A stretch of 63,867 bases of DNA, filler included, from Asterionella formosa (Eukaryota): NCBI GenBank assembly GCA_002256025.1. It is 11 parts of 11 records of this genome, joined end to end, with 100 filler letters (N's around TTAATTAATTAA, not from the genome) between each part and the next. Parts side by side here need not be neighbours in the genome. Positions count along the whole stretch, not along the records: positions 43,515 to 49,611 come from NKIB01012821.1; positions 49,712 to 55,805 come from NKIB01012823.1; positions 55,906 to 61,992 come from NKIB01012824.1; 8 more parts are not named here. The stretch is one strand, 5' to 3'. The first letter of the stretch is position 1. Every line of letters begins with the position of its first letter. Under the pieces are notes generated by a model. It did no database searches, was not told the origin of the DNA, and saw nothing but the letters and a program-made list of their open reading frames with translations. Below are positions 47,101 through 59,580 of the stretch, one piece after another. The translations under genes and the position numbers were made by a program.

Positions 47101-49611
47101 ACTGACGACGAGGAGAAATCCTAGTGTCCTCCTAGAGATAAGCTTCTCATCGCCCGAGGTTCTTGATGAGAGCGAAGATGAACTCGAGGAAGGAAGCGAA
47201 ACGGATTCAGTCTCAGGTAATCACATTGGCACTGGAAAGGATTGGAACGAGGGAGATGCTTCCGCTGTCGGCTCCAAGTCGTTTTCAAGGAGGGCATCTA
47301 TGGAAATGAGAATACAGCAAAAGGCAACCGTCACTGCAACACCTATGATAGAAGAAGAAATACATAAACCTGAAGAAAAGAAAAAATTCGATGAAGACCC
47401 TGTGCTTGAGCCAGGAATATGTGATTTCATTGCAGTTGTCGGTGCTGCTAGTGTCGGCGATCAGCGAGGTGATGATGGTTCTAGAGGATGGATCAACTCG
47501 AACCCAGAATGTGTTATCCTTGAGCAATTCCCATCATCAGATGAATTTCACCACAAGCATAAGCGAAATGTTACTTTGAATATGAAGGCTGAATGGTTTT
47601 GTTTTCCTGAAGGCTGTAGGGTTTGGCGAGGCACGGAGCCCCCATCCCATATGGACTTGAACCTCAAGCGATTTTCAGCCTCCTCTCCTCCAAATATTGC
47701 TTCTTCAATTGCTGCATTTGATGCATGTTTGAACTGTACCACCTCGTTTTCTTGGTTCGTAATTCAGTCGAATGAAAAGGAGAATGACTTCAAGAACACG
47801 AAAACATACGGCGCAGTTATCAAGTTCTATGCGCCGGCGCCTGTTGGGATCGATGCTACTCAAGATGACTATGCTCAGCCAACTCTCAGTGGACATAACG
47901 ATAGACTTGAGCGTAGAAAAGGAGGCACTTCGTCGAGAAATAGGCTTTGGGTTCCGCTTGGTATTCTGCTGACATCGACACTTCCAATTGTCGGCCACAT
48001 GGAAGCGATGTTGCTTCGTTTGTGTGAGTCTCTTGCATCTAGAACTGGTGGATCCCTCCATTGGCTTTCTCAACAGAAAATTCAGCGAATAATCCATGAA
48101 GATATTGCCAACTTGATAATAAATTTCCAGAAACCCCTTCCTGGTGTACTTCATTGCTCCATTCCCTTCCTCACTGGTGAGCGACTACATATTACTGTTC
48201 CTCCCCCAACTGCACTTCCACAATTGCCCCATGGAGCTTCCGTGACATCTGTGTGCAGGCTTTTGGGATCAGAGGGACTGAATGTCCTTCTCGCTGCTGT
48301 TTTAACGGAATGTAAGATTCTAATTCATTCTGATGAAACAGCAAATCTTCCGATGGTTGCCGAAGTTGTCACAGCATTAATTTATCCTTTCAACTGGTCG
48401 CTTCCCTACCTACCTGTGCTTCCCGAGGGCATGGTTGAGTTCGTCGAAGCTCCCTTATCATATTTCATCGGGGTTCCAACTTGTCACATGAAACTGATTG
48501 ATGACAGCGTTTTGACAGAAATTGTTGTAATTAACCTTGACAATGGGTTTACTTCTCCTGATCACTATGATGGTCGACGTGGAAGTCGTCAATCCAAGAC
48601 ACCAACTCCTCTTCCTGCTTCTGTTGCCAGCAGCATTTCTAAGGCAGTTATCCGATTGCTGCGCGAGGAGGAAGAAGTGGATCAAGAATATGGTGCGAAC
48701 AATTTTCCAGGATCACGCGCATTGCCTCGCTTAGAGGCCGAGAGTTTGGCCGAACGAGAGTTCAGAATAGCCGTAGCTCTCCAAATCTGTGGGCTTGTGA
48801 GAGGCTACGATGATTGCCTGTTTAAGGTTTCCGCATCGCAACCCGTATTCAATCGAGATAAATTCCTACGGACGGCACCGGCGTTGTTTGAGGACAGGCG
48901 AGGAAATGCTCCTAACTCAGGAGTTGCAAGTGGTTCTCAGCGCATGTTATCTCAACGATCGAAACGTTTCTTGTCCCTCCTAGTGAATTGCCAGCACTTT
49001 CATCAGTTCCTCGAATCACTTGATCAGGAAGAGTGTGCCTTTTTCAATGAAGTGATGTATACTTTTGATATGCATGACGACCGAAGTGAAGACCACGGGA
49101 GTAATCATTTAGTTGGCTACGGGCCTTCCAAGCTTGAGGATGCTGTATCTCATCTAACGAAGGCTCTTCAGAAAGTTGAGGACAAAATCCCAACTTATCG
49201 TGTAGACCGAAAAGGGAAGAAGAAGAAAAGAGGTGGTGGAGGAGGGTTTGAATCTGGCGACGAGGACGAAGGTGGTATTGACGATTTGATCGATGGTCCC
49301 GATGCCGATGATATCACCTTCTCAGATGATGGAAATTTGATTAGCTCTTTTACAACAACACTCCTAGGTCAAGTGATGGCACTTACTGGACCAAACGCTG
49401 TCTCGGGTCAGAGGAGGCGAAAGTCAATTGATGATGACACGCTGTCTGTTGAGTCTGCTTTATCTGGAGAGCCTCGTGCAGTGAATACGGAGATGCTCCA
49501 GCGACTTGAGAAAAGCGCCTGGGAGTATAATAGATTGTTTGACATGGCTGCCCCATCTGATGAAAGCAGTGAAAGCGCTTCCAAACCAATCGTTGAGCTT
49601 CGCGAAAAGGT
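44105..49611 (+). CDS. Large DENN-domain (Rab GEF) protein with an Arg/Ser/Asp-rich N-terminus and a split C2-like domain, 3'-partial
   Basis: uDENN DFIAVVG..ILEQFP..WFCFPEG; cDENN AVLTECKILIHS..ALIYPFNWSLPYLPVLP..EAPLSYFIGV; dDENN FNRDKFL..FL..LVNCQHFHQFL. Confidence 0.9.
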
Positions 49612-49711
49612 NNNNNNNNNNNNNNNNNNNNNNNNNNNNNNNNNNNNNNNNNNNNTTAATTAATTAANNNNNNNNNNNNNNNNNNNNNNNNNNNNNNNNN
49701 NNNNNNNNNNN
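49612..49711. other. Artificial contig linker
   Basis: N44-TTAATTAATTAA-N44. Confidence 0.99.
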
Positions 49712-49726
49712 ACAATCAATTATAAT

Positions 49727-50190
49727 CTACATTAAATTTAATTCATGTAATTCCAACCTTTTTCTTTCAATATTACCTGGAGGTCTTTGCAAACCCATGT
49801 TAGCAATTCTTTCAAGAATAACATCTCGAATGACATAAGTACCAGGCATTACATCCGATTTCTCAACCGTTGGCAAATATCCCCAACCAAGTGGAGAATT
49901 GTAGACTGGGGTGATTTCAGCTAAAATCTCCTGGATGTCATCTGCCTCATCACTTCCAGGTAACCCAGAAATATCCTTATCAACTTTATTTTCGTCTATG
50001 ACATAATTGTGCAAACGTGCACATACCTCAAGCACTTTTGCAGTTGTTTCCAAGCCAGAAAACATTTTGTCTGTAACAAACTAAATGCCATCTCTATCCT
50101 AATCCGTAGCTGGGAAAGAAAGAAATTATAGGCATCTTGTGTTGTATAGAGGATCTTGCATGTCTGTGTTGACTCATGGCAAATCAAGAA
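49727..50190 (-). pseudogene. C-terminal fragment of a Harbinger DDE_Tnp_4 transposase
   Basis: QDAYNFFLSQLRIRIEMAFSLLQTK, then in another frame VCARLHNYVIDE. Confidence 0.8.
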
Positions 50191-50463
50191 TTAAGCAGGT
50201 ATGTCAGCTATATATTCCATACTGCTACATAATACGCGTAGTTTTCCTACATGGTTTTAGTAATGGAAAATTATCGAACTAGTCTGGAGGGAAGCCTGGA
50301 GGGATATGCACATGATTGTAGCCAGCCCGTAACCGTTGAATTTTCGTGATACTTTTTGGGTGATACAATTTCATTTTTATTTTTGTGGAGAATGGATTTT
50401 TTCGGTTTAAATCGAGTAGCCGTTACATGATACTTTTTCAAAAAAAATGATACCAAATCGAAA

Positions 50464-52007
50464 ATGATAAGAACGACCCTTAGTAGTACTGCGCCAGAAT
50501 TCCGTCAGATGGTTAAATTTGACAATGATGTTCTATCATCAACAACCAACTTTTTGGATCCTTTCTATGCTGACTTAATGATTTACTTACATTCTGGCAT
50601 GCCCATGGATCCTGACATAGCTAGTCTACAGGCGATGGCGTCAACACCAGTATGTGCTATTGACACACTGATATTATTTGTACATTCGCTGTCATTGTCA
50701 TTTACATTTTTATATTTTACTCACACAATAATATCATCAACAGCCTATCCAAGAACAAATGGATATCCTTGCTACTTAAGCAAGACTTGCAAATCAAATC
50801 GAAGCATGCAACACGCGTCTCAATGACAGAGCAATTGATCCCGAAGACAATGTTGATTTGCTTAAACACAAACTCAAGAGGCGTAATGAGCAAAGGCATG
50901 AGGCTAGGAATGCGAAGAGGCAGGCATTGGAATCAAAGAGATCAACAAGTGAGGATCTTGTTGTCGATGAGAGGAATAGAGCAGCAATCATGAGAGCTAG
51001 TAATGTTGCAATGTCATTGGTGGATAAAATTAAAGTGAAGAATCAAATGGATGCAATCACATTGGCCAAGTCTGCAAACTAATCTGGGTGGGAACTCCTC
51101 CTTCAGATTCTCATTGCAAATGTCTTTCCTGCAACTGTTCCAAGTAGTACTGGAACTGCTTGCGAGGTGGAAAACAATAGCATTTCCAGTACCAGCCACT
51201 CAGATGAATTATATATCATCGATAAAGCATTGAATGCTGATGTTGCATGCTCTCTTGAAGACAGAAACTCGTCATCTGATGAGGAGGACAATGAAAATAC
51301 GGATAGCGTTTGTGAATAATTTAGTAATTATATAATTTAATTAGCTCCAGATAATTTCATTTCTTTCGATGGCCTCTCTGTAGAGATGAACTAAATTAAC
51401 TCTCCTATTTATTTATGCTTGCTTTTCAATCGCAGTTGGAGCATCAATAGTGTCCTCCACATTATCACCATCAAAATCATTGCCAACAACAAATTCTTTA
51501 TTATTGTTTTCTAAAGCTTGAGCCATGATGCGATGCTGATGCCTTGTGTAGTATCCATCAGATCCACCCTCATTTGTTCCTCTTGGTCCAACACATCATT
51601 GACTAAGAAATTGTAGACAATATTTTGCCAAGGATCATCAGTAGAATCCCTCTGGGAGGACAGCAAGGAGGACAAGGAGGCCATGGCGGATGGGTCTGAG
51701 TGAGCGATTGTTGATTGCAATCACATACTGGTTTTTAATACATAAACGAATAGTCGGTCAAGTGAAGCTCTATTAATAATGTTATTCTTTTTAGTGCTTT
51801 GGGTGTGAAATCAATTTCCTGAACGTGACTAAAGTTTCCGACGAAAATCAACGAATTTCCTTATGTGGTGAGTTGAAAAAATTTTGAGTTTCAGGAAATC
51901 AAACCCGGAAAACTCACGTTTCCGACATGGCAAGGAACGGACAAGAATGATTTTCAGGAAAAAATATGAGTCACGAGGTTTTTTCCGGTGCAGTAAGCAA
52001 TGGCCTT
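50464..52007. mobile_element. Internally deleted transposon remnant, possibly Harbinger, with convergent ORF debris
   Basis: Broken charged ORF on + (50560-51320) and acidic ORF debris on - (51380-51700). The right end reads TAAGGCCATTGC on the reverse strand, like a TAA-GGCC Harbinger end. Confidence 0.35.
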
Positions 52008-52011
52008 ATAG

Positions 52012-52252
52012 ATGTAGTATGTATGTATCCATGTATTTATGTATGTATGTATGTATGTATGTATGTATGTATTTATGTATGTATGTATGAATGAATGTAT
52101 GTATCTATGTATCTATGTATGAATGTATGTATGTATGTATGAATGTATCCATGAATGAATGTATGAATGTATGTATGAATGGATCCATAAATGTATGTAT
52201 GAATTTATGTATGAATGTAGTTATGAATGTATGTATGTATGTATATATGTAT
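52012..52252. repeat. Compound (ATGT)n/(ATGA)n microsatellite
   Basis: Directly visible. Confidence 0.95.
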
Positions 52253-53759
52253 TTAGTAATTATGGGGTTTGTGTTTGGATCATCATGGTCAAGTACGAAA
52301 TTTATTGTCAATTTTAGGTAGACTTAAGTAATCATGGCAATAATGACGGCATGGTGATTTTTTGATTTTGTGCTTGAAAACTGTTTGGGATAGGGTTAGA
52401 GTTTCAATCAAAAACATCAACACAATGTTACTCCTAGAATATGTGGTCACCTCTTCAAGGTTTGCATATTTATTGTTTTAGTCTAGCTGCTTTTCTTGAA
52501 ACTAGATATTCATCAACCAGCAAAGTATGTGAACTTCGAACATCTGGTTTGTTCATCCATACTCGTCCATTGACTCAGTAGCGGGTATCGTGGCAAAATA
52601 AACTTGTTTCGACTACCACAAGGTGATGAGAGTACAATTGCTTTGTCAAAACTACTAGGGTTGAACTAAGGCCTTTCTTGTAAGCGCGATTAAATTAATT
52701 TAGCATGGACCTCATCCAGATACTAGCAATGGGAATAGGCTCAAGGACTGCTTTCTTGACTGGGTGGACAAGGGACAAAGCGAAAACGTTCGAATAGCAA
52801 TATGCACTGCTGAGCCAGATCGAATCTCTCCAGTCGATGTTGTATGTGAGTTTCTTGCATTTGATTTTGTTTCTTTTATCGAGTTGCTTCCAATGAACTC
52901 CTCAATTTGCAAATGAATAATGTTAAAAATCTCTTCCATACTTGGACGTTCAGCAATCTGATGCAACCAAGCAAGCGCTGTGAAGCATGTCTCGAATGCC
53001 TGGAGGCCAACATGCATACCCTTCGAGTGCAGTGCCACTATCCTTGATTTCTTGAGACTTCTTAGTCGAGTGTGTTTGATTGAGGGAAAGCATAGATCAT
53101 ATCAGAACTCTATCAGGAGAGAGTTTGACGAATATCTATTGTATACGTCAGTTTCAACTTAGGAGAACAAGTTGCAAACAAGGATTAACTAATAAGCTCA
53201 TAAATTGAACAATACTCTTACTTCTATTTAGATACTTCACCAGGTACCAGTAAATAAATGCTATAGATAGGCAACAGAGGTGGCTGCGAATAGAGTATCA
53301 TGGAACCAGTTTAAAAAAAATTCACAGTGTATACAAAGATTTTTTCTAATTTTGTAATTGTGACTATTTTCAGTACGACAAAATTGTTTCTGACGTTGCG
53401 CCGAATACTAAATATCTTGTTTTCGATTAGGTCTTGTGTTTTAGATAATCAGATAAATGTGTCGGAAAGTAGCAATCGGCCCAAAAGTGGCAAAACAATA
53501 TTATACCATTGAGCCGGCATCCCCCGGAAATACACATATACGTATGTGAATGGAAAAAACTTAATACCTATTTTGTTGCGTTTAACCTCCGGACAGGTTG
53601 CTATAGCAAAAAATGAATCAATTATTCACACTTAGTAGTAAATGAATGCACTATTTCTTTAAGGCAAAAAATCGAGCGAATTTTATATGTCAGAGACCGT
53701 AATTCACATCAGAAATTGCTTCTGACACACCAAAACTGAAGCAGATCGCGATCATCTCA

Positions 53760-54844
53760 TTAATAACGATGAAACCTAGTACTGCAAGAAAACACCCTCA
53801 ACCATCCGAAAAGTACAAGGTGACACCTAATTCTTTGGATAAGACTGTATTGTCGCTTATTTTTTAGTTAATATAGTAATGGAATTAGAAACTTTAAAGG
53901 CAAATAACAATGGCAAACTACCATATGATGCAATCTCGAATATTATTTCGTCTAAGGCGGCTACAATGACTTGGCAAACAAAACCTCCTATGTTTCAGTA
54001 CCATTTGCAGAAGCCAAATCAGGCTGGAAAGGCAACTAATTCACTGTTACAATTACCTGCTACTTTGACACTTAATGATTCACAGTCATTGGCAGGACAT
54101 ACCTAATTAATTTCTACCCTGACTGCAATTCACGTATTAATATCTAACTCCCCACTGATACATTCATGAGTAGTGATGGTTCAAGTGTTGCAAGGGTGAG
54201 AATAATAAAGAAAAAGAACAATAAGCAAATAATGAAGACTGAAGGGTGAGAAATAATGAAGAGAAAGAACAAAAAGCAAATAATGAAGATTTACTTACCT
54301 GTGATGATGTGGGGAATGTTCGTGAAAGTGACAACAATGAGGTCACTCTTTACGGCGACATGTATGGCTCAACGTTGCTCAACGAAGGACCAAAGATGCT
54401 TTGTTCCTAATCTGGCTGCCTATTGTAAAGTCTACAATCAATAATGACTAAACAATGTGCTATAATGTGTCTACTACTACGTGTGCTGAATTCTACTGTA
54501 TGAATCTTCCTCTTGCATCATGTGTTGTTCTTTGCCAGTTCAAATCAAAGAAATATGTCAGAGCGGAAAAAATAATAAGGGAATCGGAATTGGCAACTCT
54601 TTCTTTAATTATATGGTGAAAGCAGCATAATTTCGCTATTATACTGTTGCGATGGCTAGTTGGTCAACATATTTGTCGCAAACAAACAAAATTATTGGTG
54701 TGATCACATAATTATTCGATAAGTGAAATAAACTTTGTTTAAATCGAATAAATGACAGAAAAAGTAACATTATATTTTAGAAAAGTAGCATAAATACTTC
54801 ACTTTAGACATAAATTCGAAAAACTGCTGTAAGCGTCTTAGATG
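53760..54844 (+). mobile_element. Deleted DNA transposon remnant ending in the CGTCTTAGATG terminus shared with 10864
   Basis: NNGKLPYDAISNII...WQT..MFQYH resembles N-termini of diatom transposon ORFs. 54600-54844 is an inverted copy of 10864-11110. Confidence 0.55.
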
Positions 54845-55805
54845 CATGGCATGACTTTAGAAAAAGGCCTTTGGAATAGAGGAGCAAAACCAACCAGTAG
54901 GTAGAGTAATGACTCTTCAATTAGTGTCATCATGGTGAAGATTTATTATTGAGCCTCATCATCATGCTGAAACTACTTTCTACATGAAATTTCTACATCA
55001 AAACATACCAGCGCTAAAACTCCGAAAAAAATTATTATTGTTACTTTGCAATTTTCAACTTCTTCATCTTTCAGCCAATCTTGGCCACATTTCAGACTTA
55101 CGTTCACAAATGTGGCCAATATTGGCTGACAAATGAAAGAAATTGTTTTTGATCCACCCCTCATTTCCTCTCTCTTGATTGCAGCGACGAATCGAGATTT
55201 ACTAGCTTTAAACAATGCGTAGAAGTTAGAATTCTTTTTTACAACCAAAATTAATTGCCCTTTTAGTCACATCTAATTTGAGGCACAACATATTGTATGG
55301 ATGTGAATGATGCACACATTTATTTCAGGTATGCATACATACGTTCCTACGTTGTAGCGCGAATTACTACAGAATGGGTGTGACGACCAGACGGAGCTGT
55401 TTGGTGGCTGCGGGTCATATTGTTTCTTCCCGGTAGCTTATCGTATGGCCATGATTTCATTCACTCCAGACCGGAGGGCATTTTGACACAATTTCACCAT
55501 CCATCGTCGTTCATGCGGCATATCAGAATACATTTAATTAATGTACCGGTATGTGATACTAACGGTAATAAAGGCATCACCCTATCGTATGAATAAAAAA
55601 ACAAGCCTCTTCAAAACAGTCGGGAAAATAATTAGTCAGCCTCCATTTTAATTTTTGATGCCATAACGTGCACATTAGTATTTCTACAATTGCTGTACAC
55701 ATACATTTCGAAGAATGAAATCAGCGACTCGGACTGGGAGCACTCTTGTTCGACTTGCCAAGTCAAACTCTCGGCTCACATATCGGCTTCAAAACACGGC
55801 GAGGA

Positions 55806-55905
55806 NNNNNNNNNNNNNNNNNNNNNNNNNNNNNNNNNNNNNNNNNNNNTTAATTAATTAANNNNNNNNNNNNNNNNNNNNNNNNNNNNNNNNNNNNNNN
55901 NNNNN
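55806..55905. other. Artificial contig linker
   Basis: N44-TTAATTAATTAA-N44. Confidence 0.99.
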
Positions 55906-56398
55906 GTCCCGGTCACCGGTCACCGTTGCTCCTACCTCCCAAAAGCCAATAATTGCCTCACAGCCAACAACAACGGGGCCATCGTCAATGCCCTCGGTGA
56001 TGCCTGTACCAGGGAGTTCACCATCGCCGTCAACGGTAGTAACGAAGTCACCCTCGGCGGTGTTTAAGGGGAATGTTGATTTTAATTACTTCACCAATAC
56101 TCCAACTCACCCTTTTGTCGTCGACATTACTGATTTCGACTTCACTAGCAGACCATCGCAGCCTCCAATCGATTTTCCCAGCAAAAGCCCATCGGTGACC
56201 ACGACGGGTGCTCCAGTAGTCGATTCCCCCACCAACAATCCGACGATTACAGCGATACCCACGATTTCCTTTTCACCAAGCATGATACCAAAAGGATCAC
56301 CAACGCTAGCATTTCGGGATCCCATCTCCTCAAGTACACGGACTAGAATAATCGTTTGCTTGGTGACAGCAATCGGGATTGGATGGTGGATTTTGTAA
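55906..56398 (+). CDS. C-terminal part of a Pro/Ser/Thr-rich surface protein with a hydrophobic tail (GPI/TM anchor-like)
   Basis: PSS/PT repeats ending ISSST..IIVCLVTAIGIGWWIL*. The frame is open from the contig start. Confidence 0.65.
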
Positions 56399-56515
56399 CA
56401 CTGCTACTTACACGACATAACCAAGGGACTACATGATAAAGAAACCCCTCTCTTAATACAAGGAGAGAGCTCACAAATTAAATAATTATAGAAGACAATA
56501 AAGCTCGATTCTATT

Positions 56516-57919
56516 TTATATCTCGTTGGTATAGAGCCTCGGTCTACGCTTCGTCTGTGAAAATCCATTTGATCCGTCAAGGTTCGCCATCGAGTCCTTT
56601 CGATCTAACAAAACGGTCAAATCGTAGGACGACGTCCGACTATGCGTACTTTCATTATAGCGTCGCAATTCATCAAGTTGTTCTGCCTTGGTCTTCAACG
56701 TTTCCAATGACTTTCGTGTTCCTTGCTGGTATGGTGGAGCATTCGGGAACAGAAGTTGTCGAGTACGAATCAGCTGCTGCCAGTGGAGAACTTCAAATTC
56801 TTCTCGTACGTCAATTCCGTCCAGAGTGAGAAATGCGACAAAGGGATCTTCCAAAACTTGTATAGATTCAAAGAGCGCTGTAAGAGCCAAAGTGGTAATA
56901 ACAGAAAACGTAAGACCAACTGCCAGGGATCTGAGATCCTTTGCCAGCTGCGCAAAGGTTGGGGCATAAAAGGGGGGCAAAATAAGTGTAAAAAGCCTAG
57001 CAAAGGATCGAAGGGCTAGAGGGGTTCGATAGTGTTTGAACATGCGTAGTCCCTCAATGGCTTCTCCGATGAACCGTTCGTATTGCCGGATTCTAGACAG
57101 TTCACCTGAGGCAAGACCCAACTTCCGAAGTGTTTCAGCAAGTTGACTTAATCGGGTCAATCGTCGTGTGTACAATGAATCAAGCAATCTATATGATACT
57201 TTCAAGATTCGACAAGCCTCTTTGCGACCATGTGACGTTAGCCGATGACGAGACCGAGTCGCCGTTGGCAAAGACAGGTAGCGGCTGAGCTCGTCGCCGA
57301 TTCCAATTAACTGAGCCAGGACTGCATCTGAATGTGCTAGCCAGTCTACGTTGGGATGAGACGCGCGCCCACCATTCTCAAGATCCCATAGTGAGTGTGC
57401 AAGGAAAAGCTGATATGAAAATGATCTTATCTGAGTGATTCTAATCAACGCTTGTTCTCGCCTGGAAAAAGCCATGGAAATAGATGCTGATATCGGCGTG
57501 ACGACAGCGAATCCCAGTAGCGCCCAGTCCATACCTGATCCTATCCAAATTTCGCTATCCTTATAGTTGAAATACCAGAAGCAAGTTAGCCCGATCGAGA
57601 ATGCGCAAGCTATCATCGTGTCAAGCGTCACCAGATAGAAGGCAAAGACTTTTACTGCAGCCACATTCCCCAAGATGGTCAATAGTAATGGATTCGTTGT
57701 ATGATTCCTTCTCACGTCTATTTCTAGGTCTTCTATCGTTTTCTGGTTGTCACCGAGCAGGTTCGAAAGCCCAGCAATCCTTTCGGTATTCCTCGGTGAA
57801 TATATTCTCCTACGAGTCAAGTCCTCACTGTTGGTTCTATTGTGGGCATGTTCCGTGATATCCAGCTGTTTCGTATTGTCAGCGGCGTCACCCGCTGGGA
57901 TCTCCAACGTTCTCGTCAT
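56516..57919 (-). CDS. Bestrophin-like membrane protein
   Basis: Four hydrophobic segments, AF.RRE.AL, YRTPLALRSFAR, LEDPF...LDGIDV. Confidence 0.7.
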   Translation of the reverse strand: MTRTLEIPAGDAADNTKQLDITEHAHNRTNSEDLTRRRIYSPRNTERIAGLSNLLGDNQKTIEDLEIDVRRNHTTNPLLLTILGNVAAVKVFAFYLVTLDTMIACAFSIGLTCFWYFNYKDSEIWIGSGMDWALLGFAVVTPISASISMAFSRREQALIRITQIRSFSYQLFLAHSLWDLENGGRASHPNVDWLAHSDAVLAQLIGIGDELSRYLSLPTATRSRHRLTSHGRKEACRILKVSYRLLDSLYTRRLTRLSQLAETLRKLGLASGELSRIRQYERFIGEAIEGLRMFKHYRTPLALRSFARLFTLILPPFYAPTFAQLAKDLRSLAVGLTFSVITTLALTALFESIQVLEDPFVAFLTLDGIDVREEFEVLHWQQLIRTRQLLFPNAPPYQQGTRKSLETLKTKAEQLDELRRYNESTHSRTSSYDLTVLLDRKDSMANLDGSNGFSQTKRRPRLYTNEI

Positions 57920-58604
57920 AGTGCGGACGGAATGTGACTTGGATCTCCTCCTGCAAGTCTATATATATAATGAACAGGGCTCTGCCGATGCCTTGATTCG
58001 TTCCTTTCCTTTGTTGCTGTTTTTGTCTGATGAGAACCGTTCCTTGCGTGGAACCTGATTTGCATGATTGATAACCATCAGCCATATGCACTACTGGTAC
58101 TATTAACTTCGCGGAGGTGAGCGAGCATGTGACACCATCTAAAGTCACACATTACTACATCCCGGTAGTATGTGCGTAAATTGGCAAACCGGTATCATTT
58201 ATGCATTACTGTAATCTGTGAACTCATCCCCGTCTGGCCATCCTTCTCTCTCTACATCGCTCACAGCCAGTGTTTTGTACACAATATGTGACTGTATATG
58301 AATATACCAGTATATATATCAGAAACCGGTAAAAGCGATCAATTTTTCGTTTTGGCATTTCCCTCATGGAACGAATTAATCAACCGCATCAATGCCTTCA
58401 TCACTGAGAACAGAATCCCTTGATCGAGCACTCTCAACACCTCGTCCTCCTCCCCCCGGCCTCCAATTCGACAGAAAGCAGAGCTGCTATCGCTACGATT
58501 CCAGTTTGCGCAACAGACGAACTGGGTAGGCCGTCATTGGCACTGGCATTCCATGCGGGGCGCTTACCAAGGAAGAGCAAGACGACACGGGGTCATTTCT
58601 GGAA

Positions 58605-59360
58605 ATGATAAGAGCCCATTCACCGCAACTAGCAAACTATATAAGAGTCCACCATACCTCCTCTCGTATATTTGCCAATAGAATCGCTGGTTTAGAGTGC
58701 ACAAATGACAACAGCCGGCCTGCAATATTGCACCTGGTTCAGGGACGACGGGTGCAGCTGCTGGATTATACAGGAAACGAGGCTCCCGCGGACTTTCATG
58801 AAATCGCAGCAGCAATTCACCATGAAGTTCTCACAGGTACCTTTCATCGCATCTCACATTATGCTGACAACTCGAGATTCTTTCGTCTCGGTCGTTGTCG
58901 TCCCAACAAAGAATGTCAACGCATTGCACAAGACTTGGTGCAGCGGCTACAACCACGAAGACTCACGGTATTGCGTGTCACGGGGATAGGGAAAACGACA
59001 ATGCTCAGAGAAATGATTAATATTCTTCAATCATACTCCCACATTGGAGTCTTGAGTGCTACGGGAGAACTTTCCGACAGTAGAGTGGTAGATTTGAGGG
59101 CGAATGCAGTCAACTTGCCTTTGCTGAAATCTTTGGATGTGATTGTGATTGATACTGATCATGTTGAAGCAAAAATGTGGAGATGGATTCAAGGAGCAAG
59201 ATTACCTTGTATCATTGCTATGGATCAAGTCAGTACCTTGCCCAGGAGCATACGCCATGTAGTCGCCTCTCTCCATATTACTCAAAGTGGAACATCGAGG
59301 TATTCTTTAAGTCACCCTCGATGTAAAAAACAGAGACATATAGCGAAGCAATCCGGATGA
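58605..59360 (+). CDS. Divergent Ycf45/SpoIIIAA-like P-loop ATPase
   Basis: TGTFHRIS...RLGR, TGIGKTTMLREM, TGEL, DVIVID. The true start may lie upstream. Confidence 0.55.
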   Translation: MIRAHSPQLANYIRVHHTSSRIFANRIAGLECTNDNSRPAILHLVQGRRVQLLDYTGNEAPADFHEIAAAIHHEVLTGTFHRISHYADNSRFFRLGRCRPNKECQRIAQDLVQRLQPRRLTVLRVTGIGKTTMLREMINILQSYSHIGVLSATGELSDSRVVDLRANAVNLPLLKSLDVIVIDTDHVEAKMWRWIQGARLPCIIAMDQVSTLPRSIRHVVASLHITQSGTSRYSLSHPRCKKQRHIAKQSG

Positions 59361-59580
59361 CTTGGACAATGAGTGCAGTTATTCGTTTAAGTTTTGCCGG
59401 ATATTATAGCTTTAAATTGTTTGTTTGCGTTCTGTATGTGCACTATGTTGAGACCAACATGATGTAAAACATGCATATCGATGCATGTCTTACTCTGCCT
59501 CCATATATACATATGCCACATCGTACCTCACATTATTCCAAGGCTTTTATGATGGAAGAAAAATGATGAATACAAATGAA

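Noticed and set aside
51884..52321. MYVC/HTFI repeat ORFs
   Set aside because: They are translations of the ATGT/ATGA microsatellite.
53323..53340. CACAGTG as a Transib/RSS-like terminus
   Set aside because: A single heptamer with no partner end, nonamer or transposase.
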